Positions 1 through 9,902 of a DNA stretch of 64,000 nt are shown here, in pieces. Position numbers and translations under genes: made by a program. Source of the DNA: an uncultured Acidimicrobiales bacterium (GTDB lineage Bacteria; Actinomycetota; Acidimicrobiia; Acidimicrobiales; VFJN01); NCBI GenBank assembly GCA_963739835.1, contig CAVUBW010000006.1, positions 75,790 through 139,789 of the forward strand, written 5' to 3'. The stretch's first letter is position 1. Each line of letters opens with the position of its first letter. Below the pieces are notes generated by a model. It did not search any database. It was not told where the DNA came from and saw only the letters and a program-made list of their open reading frames with translations.

Positions 1-686
1 GCGGGCGCGATCACGGTGCCCCCACCGGCCTCGGTGGCGGCCACGGCGTCGTCGGCCGAGGCGACCGAGAAGTACACCAGCCAGTGGGCCGGCATTCCGT
101 CGGCGCCCCTCATCCCGCCGATGCCGCCCAGCGGGGCCTCGTTGCCGGCCAGCGAGAACGTCGTGTAGTCGTCGGGCGCACCCTCGAGCGCCTGGGTGTC
201 GTAGCCGAACACCGCCGAGTAGAAGGCCCGGGCGGTGTCGGGATCGGGTGACCGCAGGTCCTCCCACGTGATGCCGCCGGGCTCGTTGACGATGCCCGCG
301 CCGATGTGCTGGCCGGCCTGCCACACGCCGAACGCGGCGCCCGTCGGGTCGGCGGCGATGAACATGCGGCCGACGTCGCCGACGTCGCCGGGGGGCAGCA
401 CGACGACGCCCCCGTTGGCTGCCACGGCCTCGGCGGTGGCGTCGGCGTCGTCGCTGGCCATGTACAGGGTCCAGGCGGTGGGCGCGCCCTCCGGGAGCGG
501 CCCGATCCCGACGGCGGCGTGGCCGTCGCGCTCGGCGATGACGTAGCCCCCGTACTCGTCCCCGGTATCCTCGAAACCCCAGCCGAGCACGCGGCCGTAG
601 AACGCCTGGGCGGCGCCCACGTCGGGGGTGGAGAGGTCGGCCCAGCACGGCACGCCCGCGGGCCACGATGACGTTCGCGTGGTCAT
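1..686 (-). CDS. VOC (glyoxalase/bleomycin-resistance/dioxygenase) family protein, 3' end outside window
   Basis: Own minus-strand translation from the ATG at 686-684 gives MTTRTSSWPAGVPCWADLSTPDVGAAQAFYGRVLGWGFEDTGDEYGGYVIAERDG... and continues to the left edge as two VOC-like modules. It is absent from the ORF track because no stop lies in the window. Confidence 0.7.
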   Translation of the reverse strand, partial: MTTRTSSWPAGVPCWADLSTPDVGAAQAFYGRVLGWGFEDTGDEYGGYVIAERDGHAAVGIGPLPEGAPTAWTLYMASDDADATAEAVAANGGVVVLPPGDVGDVGRMFIAADPTGAAFGVWQAGQHIGAGIVNEPGGITWEDLRSPDPDTARAFYSAVFGYDTQALEGAPDDYTTFSLAGNEAPLGGIGGMRGADGMPAHWLVYFSVASADDAVAATEAGGGTVIAP

Positions 687-727
687 GCCGGCAGTTCACC
701 CCCGCTGGCGGACTGCGTCCACCCCTG

Positions 728-1330
728 TCAGGCAGAGACGCCCCGGAGACCCCGCCAGGCGAGGTCGGCGAGCTGATGGGCGAGCATCGCCGGGTCCGCG
801 TCGCTGTTCGAGCGCAGCCAGTGGATGCTGGCGCCCTCGATCATGCCGACGATGCCGTGCCCCAGGACCTGGCGCTGGCCGGCGCTGAGGCCCTCGATTT
901 CGATCAGGCCCGCGACCAGCGCGGCCAGCGTGCGCTCGGTCTGGTTGACCAGCTCCGCGAACTCGTCGTCGCGGGCCAGGCCGCCGCCGTAGAACAGTTG
1001 GAATGCGTCACGGTGCCGGTCGACGTACGTGAAGTAGGCGGCGAAGCCCAACTGGACCATCTCGCGGGGCCCGGTGGCCGCCGCCACCGCCTTGGTGATG
1101 CGGTCCTGCAGGTCGCGGCCGACGTCGGTCAGCAGCTCGGTGAACAGCTCGCGCTTGGACGTGAAGTGCTGGTAGAGGACCGGCTTGGTCACGCCGGCCT
1201 CGACCGCGATGTCGTTCATCGAGGCGTTGTGGTAGCCCTCCGCCGCGAACACGCGCAGCGCCACGCCCAGGAGCTGGCGCCGACGGCGCGCGGCGGGTAG
1301 GCGGGTCGGCACGCGGGTCTCGTCCTCCAT
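728..1330 (-). CDS. TetR/AcrR family transcriptional regulator
   Basis: 200-aa ORF. The N-terminal HTH LLGVALRVFAAEGYHNASMNDIAVEAGVTKPVLYQHFTSKRELF is a textbook TetR DNA-binding domain. Confidence 0.9.
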   Translation of the reverse strand: MEDETRVPTRLPAARRRRQLLGVALRVFAAEGYHNASMNDIAVEAGVTKPVLYQHFTSKRELFTELLTDVGRDLQDRITKAVAAATGPREMVQLGFAAYFTYVDRHRDAFQLFYGGGLARDDEFAELVNQTERTLAALVAGLIEIEGLSAGQRQVLGHGIVGMIEGASIHWLRSNSDADPAMLAHQLADLAWRGLRGVSA

Positions 1331-1373
1331 GTGTGGCCCCCCCGGGGCGTCGCGGATCGCAGATGGCGCCTCA

Positions 1374-1398
1374 GTGAACTGTTACTTCACGGTAACAG
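1374..1398. promoter_or_regulatory. Overlapping palindromes upstream of the TetR gene (candidate operator)
   Basis: GTGAA-CTGTTAC-TTCAC (1374-1390) overlaps CTGTTAC-ttcacg-GTAACAG (1379-1398). Both are perfect inverted repeats in the 109-nt gap 5' of the TetR start. Confidence 0.45.
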
Positions 1399-1439
1399 GC
1401 GAAATTGGCACACGCCGTGGACTCCAGCCGCCAGACAAG

Positions 1440-1745
1440 TTAACGGAGGGTGCCCCGCTCCCGGTCGTCGCGCTCGGCGGCCTTGACCGCGTAGCCCGCG
1501 ACGATGGCGGGGGCCAGGAAGACCGAGCCCACCAACAGCGCGGCTACGACCACGGAGACGGTCGCCGGCGAGAACCCGACCGCGAACCCGACCACGAACA
1601 CGACGATCGCCACGCCGAACAGTGCGTAGCCGATCCGCTGGCCCAGCTCGGCGGCCCGGGCGATCTGCCGCCGGCGGCGGAGGACCGGGTCGGGCTCGGG
1701 ATCGGGGGCGGGATCGCTCACCGGGACATGCTGGCACGCGCCCAC
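1440..1745 (-). CDS. Small two-TM membrane protein (family not certain)
   Basis: 101-aa ORF with two hydrophobic helices (IGYALFGVAIVVFVVGFAVGF and VSVVVAALLVGSVFLAPAIVAGY) flanked by charged segments. The true start may be internal. Confidence 0.5.
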   Translation of the reverse strand: MGACQHVPVSDPAPDPEPDPVLRRRRQIARAAELGQRIGYALFGVAIVVFVVGFAVGFSPATVSVVVAALLVGSVFLAPAIVAGYAVKAAERDDRERGTLR

Positions 1746-1765
1746 GGCGCGTAGGGTCGTCGGCC

Positions 1766-2554
1766 ATGACCGCCGACGGCGCGATCGGCTACCGGGTCGC
1801 CGACCACGTGGCCCGGATCACCATCGACCGGCCCGAGCGCCGCAATGCCCTGACCTGGGCGCTCGTCGCCGACCTTCGGGAATCGTTCGCCCGGGCCCGG
1901 GACGACGACGACGTGCGGGTGTGCGTGCTCACCGGGGCGGGCGACCGGGCGTTCTGCGCCGGCGCCGACCTGGGGACGATGGGCACCGGCCCCGAGGGCA
2001 CGCTGGCCGCCCACGCCGGCCGGGGCCAGCTCGCCGACCTGTTCCGGGACATGTACGGCCTGGGCAAGCCGATCGTCGCCCGGGTGCGGGGCTACGCCCT
2101 GGCCGGGGGGTTCGGGCTGGCGCTGGCCTGCGACATGGTGGTGGCGGCCGACGACGCGGTGTTCGGCACCCCCGAGGTCGACGTCGGGCTGTGGCCGCAC
2201 ATGATCACGGTCCCGCTCGTCCGCTCGATGCCCCCGAAGGTGGCGCTGGAGCTGATGCTGACCGGCCGGCGGGTCGACGCCGCCGAGGCGGCGCGCCTCG
2301 GGTTCGTCACCCGGGTCGTGCCCGTCGACGAGCTCGACGCGGCCACCGACGAGCTCGTCGCCATCCTGGCGTCCAAGTCGCCTGCGGCCGTGCGGCTCGG
2401 GCGCGACGCGTTCTACGCGGTGTGGGACCAGGACGTCGACACGTCGCTGCGTATCCTGCACCCCATGCTCGGCATCACCGCCGCGACGGCCGACGCCGCC
2501 GAGGGCACGGCCGCGTTCCGGGAGCGGCGGGATCCCCGCTGGACTGGGCGCTGA
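1766..2554 (+). CDS. Enoyl-CoA hydratase/isomerase (crotonase) family protein
   Basis: From the internal ATG of ORF 1622..2554: MTADGAIGYRVADHVARITIDRPERRNAL...LTGAGDRAFCAGADL...GYALAGGFGLALACD. These are canonical crotonase motifs. Confidence 0.88.
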   Translation: MTADGAIGYRVADHVARITIDRPERRNALTWALVADLRESFARARDDDDVRVCVLTGAGDRAFCAGADLGTMGTGPEGTLAAHAGRGQLADLFRDMYGLGKPIVARVRGYALAGGFGLALACDMVVAADDAVFGTPEVDVGLWPHMITVPLVRSMPPKVALELMLTGRRVDAAEAARLGFVTRVVPVDELDAATDELVAILASKSPAAVRLGRDAFYAVWDQDVDTSLRILHPMLGITAATADAAEGTAAFRERRDPRWTGR

Positions 2555-2578
2555 GCGCTCCGCCGGGACCCGTCCGGC

Positions 2579-3415
2579 TCAGGTCGAGCCGCCGTCCTGG
2601 GGCATGGTGAAGCCGCAGTCCGTGATCGACGAGATCAGGTCCTGCGTCTCCTCGGGCGTCAGGTCGGCGAACGGGTCGCTCGGGTCCATCTGGGACATGC
2701 GGTCGACGCCGAGCTGGTCGAGCATCACCTGGGCGGCGCACTCGGCCTGCTCGCGGCTGTAGATGCCCGTGGACTCGAGGGCGTCGGCCAGCGTGTTGAC
2801 GAACACCTGGTTCTCGTCGTCGCTGGTCCCGCCAGAGTCGGACCCCTGGTCGTCGGGGGCGGTGGTCGTGTCGTCGCCCGGGCCGGGGACCGTGATGTCG
2901 CCGCCGCCGTTGTCCGGGAGCTGCGGCGTGGACTCCTCGGTCTGGGACGCCTGCTGGGTGGTCGTGTCGTTGCCGTCGTCGTGGATGAGCAGGTAGGCGA
3001 CCCCGCCGATCACGGCCACGGCCAGCGCCGCCAGCCCGACGAGCAGCCCGGGCGACGGGCCCGAGCGGCCGGTGGGCGACGGGTACGGGCCCGTCGGTGG
3101 CCCCATTGCGCCGCCCGGGTACGGTCCGGTCGGCGGTCCCATCGGGCCACCCGGGTAGCTGTCGGTCGGCGGCTGGTAGGGGCCGCTCGGCGGCCCCTGC
3201 GTGATCGGCGGGTAGGGCGCGGCCGGCGGGTACGAGGCGGTCTGGGCGGTCTGGGCGGTCTGCGGGTACTGCGTCCAGGTCTGGTCGGAGGCCATCGCGT
3301 CGACACCGGTGACCCCGTTGTCGGACACGTCGTCGGTCCACCGCCCGCCGTCCCAGTAGCGGTACTCGTGCCGTCCGGTCGGGTCGGGGTTCCACCCGGG
3401 TACGAGAGGGTTCAT
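2579..3415 (-). CDS. DUF2510-type membrane protein with Pro/Gly-rich linker
   Basis: C-terminal 279 codons of ORF 2579..4099. The sequence is MNPLVPGWNPDPTGRHEYRYWDGGRWTDDVSDNG (DUF2510 signature), a PGGPMGPPTGPYPGG repeat, a TM helix and an acidic C-terminal domain. The upstream part of the track ORF is antisense to the next gene. Confidence 0.7.
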   Translation of the reverse strand: MNPLVPGWNPDPTGRHEYRYWDGGRWTDDVSDNGVTGVDAMASDQTWTQYPQTAQTAQTASYPPAAPYPPITQGPPSGPYQPPTDSYPGGPMGPPTGPYPGGAMGPPTGPYPSPTGRSGPSPGLLVGLAALAVAVIGGVAYLLIHDDGNDTTTQQASQTEESTPQLPDNGGGDITVPGPGDDTTTAPDDQGSDSGGTSDDENQVFVNTLADALESTGIYSREQAECAAQVMLDQLGVDRMSQMDPSDPFADLTPEETQDLISSITDCGFTMPQDGGST

Positions 3416-3499
3416 CGATCGGCGATCGTAGGCGCGCAGCATCACCGCGGCGTCGCGGCCGGCTTTGGGGGGCGGCGGGCCGACCCCTACCGTGCCGGC

Positions 3500-4225
3500 G
3501 TGATCCGATCCGAGACCCGGGGACCCGTCGTCGTCGCCACCATCGACCGGCCCGAACGCCGTAACGCGGTCGACCGGGCCACGCTCGACGCCCTGGCCGC
3601 CGTGTTGGCCGGGTGCGCCGACGGCGACGGCGACGGCGACGACGGCGTGCGGGTGCTGGTGCTCACGGGCGCGGGCGGGCACTTCTGTGCCGGCGCCGAC
3701 CTCGGCGGCGTCGAGGACGAGGCGTTCGGCGCCGTCCTCCGCGGGGTGCTCGACGGACTGCGCCTGGCACCGTGCGTGACGATCGCCGCGGTCGACGGCG
3801 CGGCGCTCGGCGCCGGCACGCAGCTCGCCGTCGCCTGCGACCTGCGGGTGGCCACGCCGGGCGCCCGCTTCGGCATCCCGGCCGGCAAGCTCGGCCTGGC
3901 GGTCGACACCTGGACGGTCGACCGGCTCGCCCTGCTGGCGGGTGCGGGCCCGGCCCGGGCGATGCTCCTGGCCGCCGAGGTGCTGTCCGGCGAGGAGGCG
4001 CACCGGATCGGGCTCGTCCAGCGCGTCGGCGGGCTCGACGTTGCCCTGAGCTGGGCCGACGACATCGCGGCGCTGGCGCCGCTGACGCTGCGAGCCCACA
4101 AGGCCGCGCTGGAGCAGCCCGCCGACGCACCGGCGGCGTGGTCGCGGGCGTGGGCCAGCGCCGACCTCCAGGAGGGGCTGGCGGCGTTCCGGGAACGTCG
4201 CCAGCCCCGGTTCCGCGGCCGCTGA
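3500..4225 (+). CDS. Enoyl-CoA hydratase/isomerase family protein
   Basis: GTG at 3500 is in frame with ORF 2981..4225. Sequence: VIRSETRGPVVVATIDRPERRNAV...VLTGAGGHFCAGADL...DGAALGAGTQLAVACD. Confidence 0.85.
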   Translation: MIRSETRGPVVVATIDRPERRNAVDRATLDALAAVLAGCADGDGDGDDGVRVLVLTGAGGHFCAGADLGGVEDEAFGAVLRGVLDGLRLAPCVTIAAVDGAALGAGTQLAVACDLRVATPGARFGIPAGKLGLAVDTWTVDRLALLAGAGPARAMLLAAEVLSGEEAHRIGLVQRVGGLDVALSWADDIAALAPLTLRAHKAALEQPADAPAAWSRAWASADLQEGLAAFRERRQPRFRGR

Positions 4226-4241
4226 CGCGGCCGGGCTCAGA

Positions 4242-4751
4242 TCAGGGCCGCGAGGGGTAGATGCCCTCGACCGCGATGCAGTAGCAGGCGCCGAGGAACG
4301 GCTGGCGGTTCTCGTGCGGCTGGCTGTTGCCGGTCAGGCCGATCATGTTCTGCGCCATGGCCGTGCCGTCGGTGGGCCCGAAGGCGGGGTTGTTGGGGTT
4401 GAACCCGGGCACGGCGTCAGCCGGGGACTTCGACGTCGAGTTCGCCGTCGCCGAGACCCCGTGGCCGTGCTGCGCGAGCTGCTGGACGGTGAGCGTCACC
4501 GACTCGACGCCGGCCTGCTCGCCCAGGTCGACGCTGCTCAAGCCGGGCCCCTGGCCCTGGCCGACGGGCACCCGGCCCCGCAGGTCGGGGAGCCCGAACG
4601 TCGTCCTTCCGTCGCCGCCGTAGGTGGTGCCCAACAGCGAGAACAGGGCCGTGTTCGCGCTGATGGACAGGAGCTGACCGTTGCACAGCGCCCACCCGGT
4701 GGGCGCCCACCCGAATCCGAACAACTGGATCTGCCCGATGAACGGCTCCAT
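4242..4751 (-). CDS. Phage-tail-collar domain protein (MdpB-like)
   Basis: 169 aa: MEPFIGQIQLFGFGWAPTGWALCNGQLLSISANTALFSLLGTTYGGDGRTTFGLPDLRGRVPVGQG. This is the typical tail-collar (PF07484-type) N-terminus. Confidence 0.85.
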   Translation of the reverse strand: MEPFIGQIQLFGFGWAPTGWALCNGQLLSISANTALFSLLGTTYGGDGRTTFGLPDLRGRVPVGQGQGPGLSSVDLGEQAGVESVTLTVQQLAQHGHGVSATANSTSKSPADAVPGFNPNNPAFGPTDGTAMAQNMIGLTGNSQPHENRQPFLGACYCIAVEGIYPSRP

Positions 4752-4904
4752 CTGTCCCTCCTCTTACGCCAAGTGACCGCACCGAGTGTCGGCACGATGC
4801 GTGAGATGTTAGGCACAGCGGTGACACAACGCGTCAGGAGATACACGGAGCGTGGATATCAGCGCCAGAACGCGGTAAAGTCGCCGGGCCGATCGGGGGA
4901 CAGC

Positions 4905-7900
4905 ATGAGCAAGCGGGCCGGTCGTCATTTCCGGAGCGCGCCTCGTCACCACGGTGGGTGGGCATCGCTCGGCGGTCTGGCGGTCGTCGCCGTTCTGGCC
5001 TCGGCCTTGTCGTGGGTGGGTCCCGGTCCCGCGGGCGCCGACACCGTGACGGGCACCAACCGGCCACGATCACGATCCCCGTCCAGGGCCCCGGCTCGCT
5101 CTACCCCTCGCCGATCGCGATCAGCGGCGTGGCCGGGACCGTGACCGACGTCAACGTCACGTTCATGGGCATGCAGCACGCGATCGCGACCGACGTCGAT
5201 GTCCTGCTGGTCGGCCCCACGGGCAGCAGCATCGTCGTGATGTCCGACGTCAAGGGCAACTCGGCATCCGCGATCACAGCGGGCTCCAACATCACGTTCG
5301 ACGACCAGGCTGCGGCCGCCATCCCGCTGGCCGGCCCGCTCGGCACGGGCACGTTCAAGCCCACCAACGTCGACACCGGCGCCGACGCGTTCCCGCCACC
5401 CGCACCCGCCCCCGGCCCCGCCACGACGCTCGCCGGCGCGTTCAACGGGACGAACCCCAACGGCACCTGGAACCTGTACGTGGTCGACGACACCGACGGG
5501 GACTCCGGGACGATGGCCGGCGGCTGGAAGATCGACATCACCACCGGCGCAGTCGCCCAGCCGGGCCAGATCGAGTTCACGGCCAGCGAATTCCGGGGCG
5601 CCGAGGGCGGCGGGCCGGTCTCGCTCATCTTGCGGCGCGTCGCCGGCTCCGACGGCGTCGTTTCGGCCACGGTCACCACCACGACCGCGGCGACCGCCAC
5701 CGCCGGTGCCGACTTCACCGCGCTCGACCAGGCCGTCACCTTCCCCGACGGCGTGACGACCCTGAGCGTGCCGCTCACGATCCTCAACGACGCCGTCGTG
5801 GGGGGATCGACGAGACGGTCACGGTCGCGCTCGGAGCCCCGACCGGAGGCGCCACCCTCGGGGCGCAGTCGACGGCGGCCGTGCGCATCGACGACAACGA
5901 CGCGCTGTCCGATGCCACGCCGATCCTGATCCCGCCGCCGGCCCAGGCCGCCAACGGCGGTGCGGTCGCGTCCCCGTACCCGGCGAGCATCCACGTCACC
6001 GGCCAGGCGTTCAACATCGGCCGGGTCGACGTCCACATCAACGGGCTGTCCCACCAGGTGCCCATCGACATCGACATGCTGCTCGTCGGGCCGAATGGCC
6101 AGAACGTCGTGCTCATGTCCGACGTCGGGGGCCAGACCGCGTCGCCGACCGTCAACCTCGTCTTCAGCGACACCGGCGCCGGCCAGATCCCGGTCGTGGG
6201 CCCGGTGGCGAGCGGCACGTTCCGGCCCAGTGACGTTGACGACCAGGGCGCGGTCGACACGTTCCCGGCGCCGGCCCCGGCGCCATCCGCGGCGACCGAC
6301 CTCAGCGGGTTCGTGGGCAGCAGCCCCAACGGCGTGTGGAACCTCTTCATCGTCGACGACGCGGGCGCCGACATCGGGTCGATCGCCAACGGATGGTCGC
6401 TCACCTTCTTCCCGCAGGTGATCCCCGACGCCGGTGGGCCGTACACGATCACCGAGGGCCAGTCGCTGACGCTCAGCGCCGCCGGGACCAGCGCCCCGGC
6501 GACCGCGACGTACGCCTGGGACCTCGACGGCGACGGCCAGTTCGACGACGCCACCGGGCAGAACCCCGCGATCAACCCCGCCGGCCTCGCGACGCTCGGC
6601 CTGTCCGACGGGCCGGCCGGGCCCCGGACGATCACCGTCCAGGTGACCGCCGCGCCCGACCGTCGCGACAGACACGTCGACCGTGACTCTGACCGACGCC
6701 CCGCCGACCGCCTCGGTGACGAGCACGCCGCCGGGCCCGGTCGCGGGCATTCCCGGGGCGTACAGCTTCGGCGGGGTCGATCCGGCGGCCGCCGACAACG
6801 CCGCCGGGTTCACCTACGCCTTCAACTGGGGTGACGGCACGCTCCCGCAGTCCGTGGTCGGCGGCGCCAGCGCCACGCTCATGCACACCTACGCGTCCGG
6901 CCGGGACGTTCACACTCGGCGTGACCGCCACCGACAAGGACGCCGGCACCAGCGCGGCCGCCACGGCGGCGGTCACGGTCAACCCGCTGGTGATCGCCGA
7001 CGCAGGCGGTCCGTACACGATCGACGAGGGCGACGACCTGGCCCTCGACGCCACCGGGTCGACCGCCGGCCCGACCGCCACCTACGCCTGGGACCTCGAC
7101 AACGACAGCCAGTTCGACGACGCCACCGGACCGACGCCGACCGTTACCGCGGCCCAGCGCAATGCCCTCGGCATCAACGACGGGCCGGCCGGGCCGCTGA
7201 CGATCGGTGTGCAGATCACCGAGGGCGCGTCGGTCGACGCCGACACGTCCACGCTCAGCGTCGCCGACGAGGCGCCGACGGCGTCGGTGACCGTGCCCCC
7301 GGGGCTCGTCCAGGGGACGCCCGCGTCGTTCACCTTCTCCGCCACCGACGCCTCGGCCGCCGACAGCGCGGCCGGGTTCACCTACGCCGTCGACTGGGGT
7401 GACGGCACGGCGATGCAGTCGGTGGTGGGCGGTGCCTCGGTTTCCCTCACGCACGCGTACTCGACCGGCGGCACGTTCACCGTCACGGTGACCGCGACCG
7501 ACAAGGACGCCGGCACGAGTCCACCCGCCACCGGGACGGCGAACGTCCAGGTGCTGGTGATCGCCGCGGCCGGCGGGCCCTACACGATCGACGAGGGCGG
7601 CGGGCTGACCCTCGCCGGCACCGCCACGATCGCCCCGACGGGCGCCACGTTCGCCTGGGACGTCGACGGCGACGGCCAGTTCGACGACGCCACCGGGGCC
7701 AACCCGATCCTGACCCCCGCCAAGCTCGCCGCCCTCGGCCTCGGCGACGGGCCCGCGGGCCCGGTGGCCGTCACGCTGCAGGTCACGTCGGGCTCGGCGG
7801 TCGACACCGACGCCACCACCCTGACCGTCGCCAACGTGGCCCCGGTCGCCGCGGTCGTGGACGTGCCGCTGGACGTCATCGCCGGCATCCCGGCCTCGCT

Positions 7901-8976
7901 GACCTTCGGGGCCAGCGACGCGTCGGCCGCCGACACCGCGGCGAGGTTCACCTACCGCATCGACTGGGGCGACGGCACGGCGATCCAGTCGGTCGTGGGC
8001 GGGACGACGGTGGTCGTCGCGCACACCTACGCCACCGACGGCACGTTCACGGTCACCGTGACCGCCACCGACAAGGACGCCGGCACCAGCGCGCCCGTCA
8101 CCGCGACGGCCACGGTGGCCCCGCTGGTGGTCGCCGACGCCGGCGGGCCCTACGCCATCGCCGAGGGTGACGACCTCACGCTCGACGCCTCGGCCACCGC
8201 GGCCGGGCCCACCGCGGTGTACGAGTGGGACCTCGACGGCGATGGCCAGTTCGACGACGCCACCGGGGTCAGCCCGGTCCTGACGCCGACCGACCTCGCC
8301 GCGGTCGGCCTGGCCGACGGCCCGAGCAGCCGCCGCGCTGACCCTGCGGGTCACCGAAGGGCCGACAGTCGACACCGCCACCGCGGCCTACTCGATCACC
8401 AACGTCGCCCCGAGGGCGACGATCGCCCTGCTCACACCGTTCGTGGCGGGATCGCCGGTGACGATCAAGGTCGGGGCGATCGACCCGTCGCCCACCGACA
8501 TGGCCGGGAGCTTCGAGTTCCGCATCGACTGGGAGGGCGACGGCGTGTTCGACCTCGTCGTCACCGGCCCGGCCGACCCGCCGGTCACCCACACCTACGC
8601 CAGCCCCGGGGACGTCGGGCTGACGATCATCGCCGTCGACAAGGACGGCGCGGCCAGCACGCCGACCGTGGTGACCGTCACCGTCGCGCCGGCGGCGCCG
8701 GCCCAGGCCACCACGACCACCACCACGTCCGGAGCCGGGACCGGGACCGGGACCGGCGGCACGGGCACGTCGGGCAGGTCCGGCAGGTCCGGCAGGTCCG
8801 GCAGCCTGCCGTTCACCGGCACCGACGCCCTGCGGCTGGCGACGGTGGCGGTCGGGCTCGTGGCCCTGGGTGGGCTGCTGGTGGCCGCCCGTCAGAAGTT
8901 GGCGGGCAGCAGCCGGGAGAAGTTCTCGAAGAAGAAGAACAGCACCACCAGGAACACCGGCAACCCCACGGCGTAG
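4905..8976 (+). CDS. Giant secreted LPFTG-anchored surface protein, frame-disrupted about 5 times in this sequence. Domains: 2 proprotein-convertase P-like domains, a Calx-beta-like domain and 4 PKD-like tandem modules.
   Basis: Signal peptide MSKRAGRHFRS...LASALSWVGPGPAGA. Two P-domain-like segments (VDVLLVGPTGSSIVVMSD..NGTWNLYVVDD and IDMLLVGPNGQNVVLMSD..NGVWNLFIVDD). Repeated DAGGPYTI..YAWDLDGDGQFDDATG..FTY..DWGDGT..TATDKDAGTS modules. C-terminal LPFTG, a hydrophobic helix and ARQK. The reading passes through track ORFs 4314, 4958, 5881, 6683, 6831 and 8443, with shifts near 5060, 5805, 6650, 6900 and 8325. Confidence 0.8.
6418..8690 (+). repeat. Four tandem coding repeats of ~567-570 bp (~190 aa) inside the surface protein
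   Basis: Unit starts (V/L)(I/V)(P/A)(D/A)AGGPY(T/A)I occur at ~6418, 6987, 7551 and 8124. Each unit repeats the same motif order, and the fourth has a diverged second half. Confidence 0.8.
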
Positions 8977-9833
8977 GCCGGCCACTTCTGCCACAGCTTG
9001 CCCAGCAGCCAGGCGGCGACCCAGATCAGCGCGCACGCCACGCCCAGCAGCACCGCGGGCCAGGCCGAGGCGCGCTGGCCGCCGAGGCCGGCGTCGATCG
9101 TCTGGGCCGACGTGCGGCCGGCGTCGCCCTGCTCGGGCGTGGTGGTGGGCGGGGGCGACGCTGCGGCCGCGGGCCCGACCAGGGCCGACACCACCACGAT
9201 CCGCTGGCGGGCCGAGTACTTCGGGTTGCAGGACGTGAGGGTCAGCCGGTTGTCGTGGAAGTCCTCGAGCACATCGACCTGGTCGGGGGCGACGACGAGC
9301 TGCTCGCGGACCTCGTAGCGGAACGACCCCTGGAGGGTCGTCACCAGGATCTCGTCGCCGGGTTTCAGCTCGTCGATCCGGTTGAACGGCGCCCCGTAGG
9401 TCGTGCGGTGGCCGGCGATGGCGGCGTTGCCGGGCTGCCCGGGCAGCGGCGAGTCCGGGTAGTGGCCCGGGCCCTTCTTGAGATCCGACACGTCGACCCC
9501 CTGGACCACCACCTTGTCGACCCCGATGGCCGGGATGCTGATGTGCGCCACCGCCTCGCCGTCGTCGGGTGGGGGCGGGGGCGGCAGGGGCTCGGTCGTG
9601 GTCGGGGCGGGGATTGCGCTGGTCGTGTCCGGGTCGGGGGCCGTGATGCCGGCCTGGTCGAGCTGGCTGCCGAAGTCCTTCTGGAGCGACCGCTGGGCCT
9701 GTGCCTCGCGGATGCCGGTGCCCCAGAGCTGGTACGCGACGAACAGGAGGATCAGCACGCCGGCGGTGATGAAGACGCGCCCGACGGCACCGAGGATCCT
9801 GGCCAACCGCATCTGGGGGAGGCTACCGACCAC
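8892..9833 (-). CDS. Sortase (actinobacterial class E-like transpeptidase)
   Basis: 313 aa with an N-terminal TM, AIAGHRTTYGAPF (catalytic His region), TLTSCNP (TLxTC catalytic Cys) and a C-terminal TM. It converges on, and overlaps by 85 nt, the LPFTG protein gene. Confidence 0.88.
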   Translation of the reverse strand: MVGSLPQMRLARILGAVGRVFITAGVLILLFVAYQLWGTGIREAQAQRSLQKDFGSQLDQAGITAPDPDTTSAIPAPTTTEPLPPPPPPDDGEAVAHISIPAIGVDKVVVQGVDVSDLKKGPGHYPDSPLPGQPGNAAIAGHRTTYGAPFNRIDELKPGDEILVTTLQGSFRYEVREQLVVAPDQVDVLEDFHDNRLTLTSCNPKYSARQRIVVVSALVGPAAAASPPPTTTPEQGDAGRTSAQTIDAGLGGQRASAWPAVLLGVACALIWVAAWLLGKLWQKWPAYAVGLPVFLVVLFFFFENFSRLLPANF

Positions 9834-9902
9834 GCACCGTCACCCCGAAGCGGGGCCGTCTTGGAGGGCCGCGGCCGGCCTCAGTAGCCTCGCGAGGTCT
9901 CC

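Noticed and set aside
4242-4751. Tail-collar gene as a marker of a prophage or tailocin
   Set aside because: No other phage-like genes are nearby (no capsid, portal, terminase, tape measure, baseplate or integrase). Stand-alone MdpB-like genes are common in bacterial chromosomes.
6418-8690. Regular ~570-bp periodicity as a possible CRISPR-like or mobile repeat array
   Set aside because: The units are far too long, are contiguous without spacers, and translate into the same protein module. They are coding tandem repeats of the adhesin.
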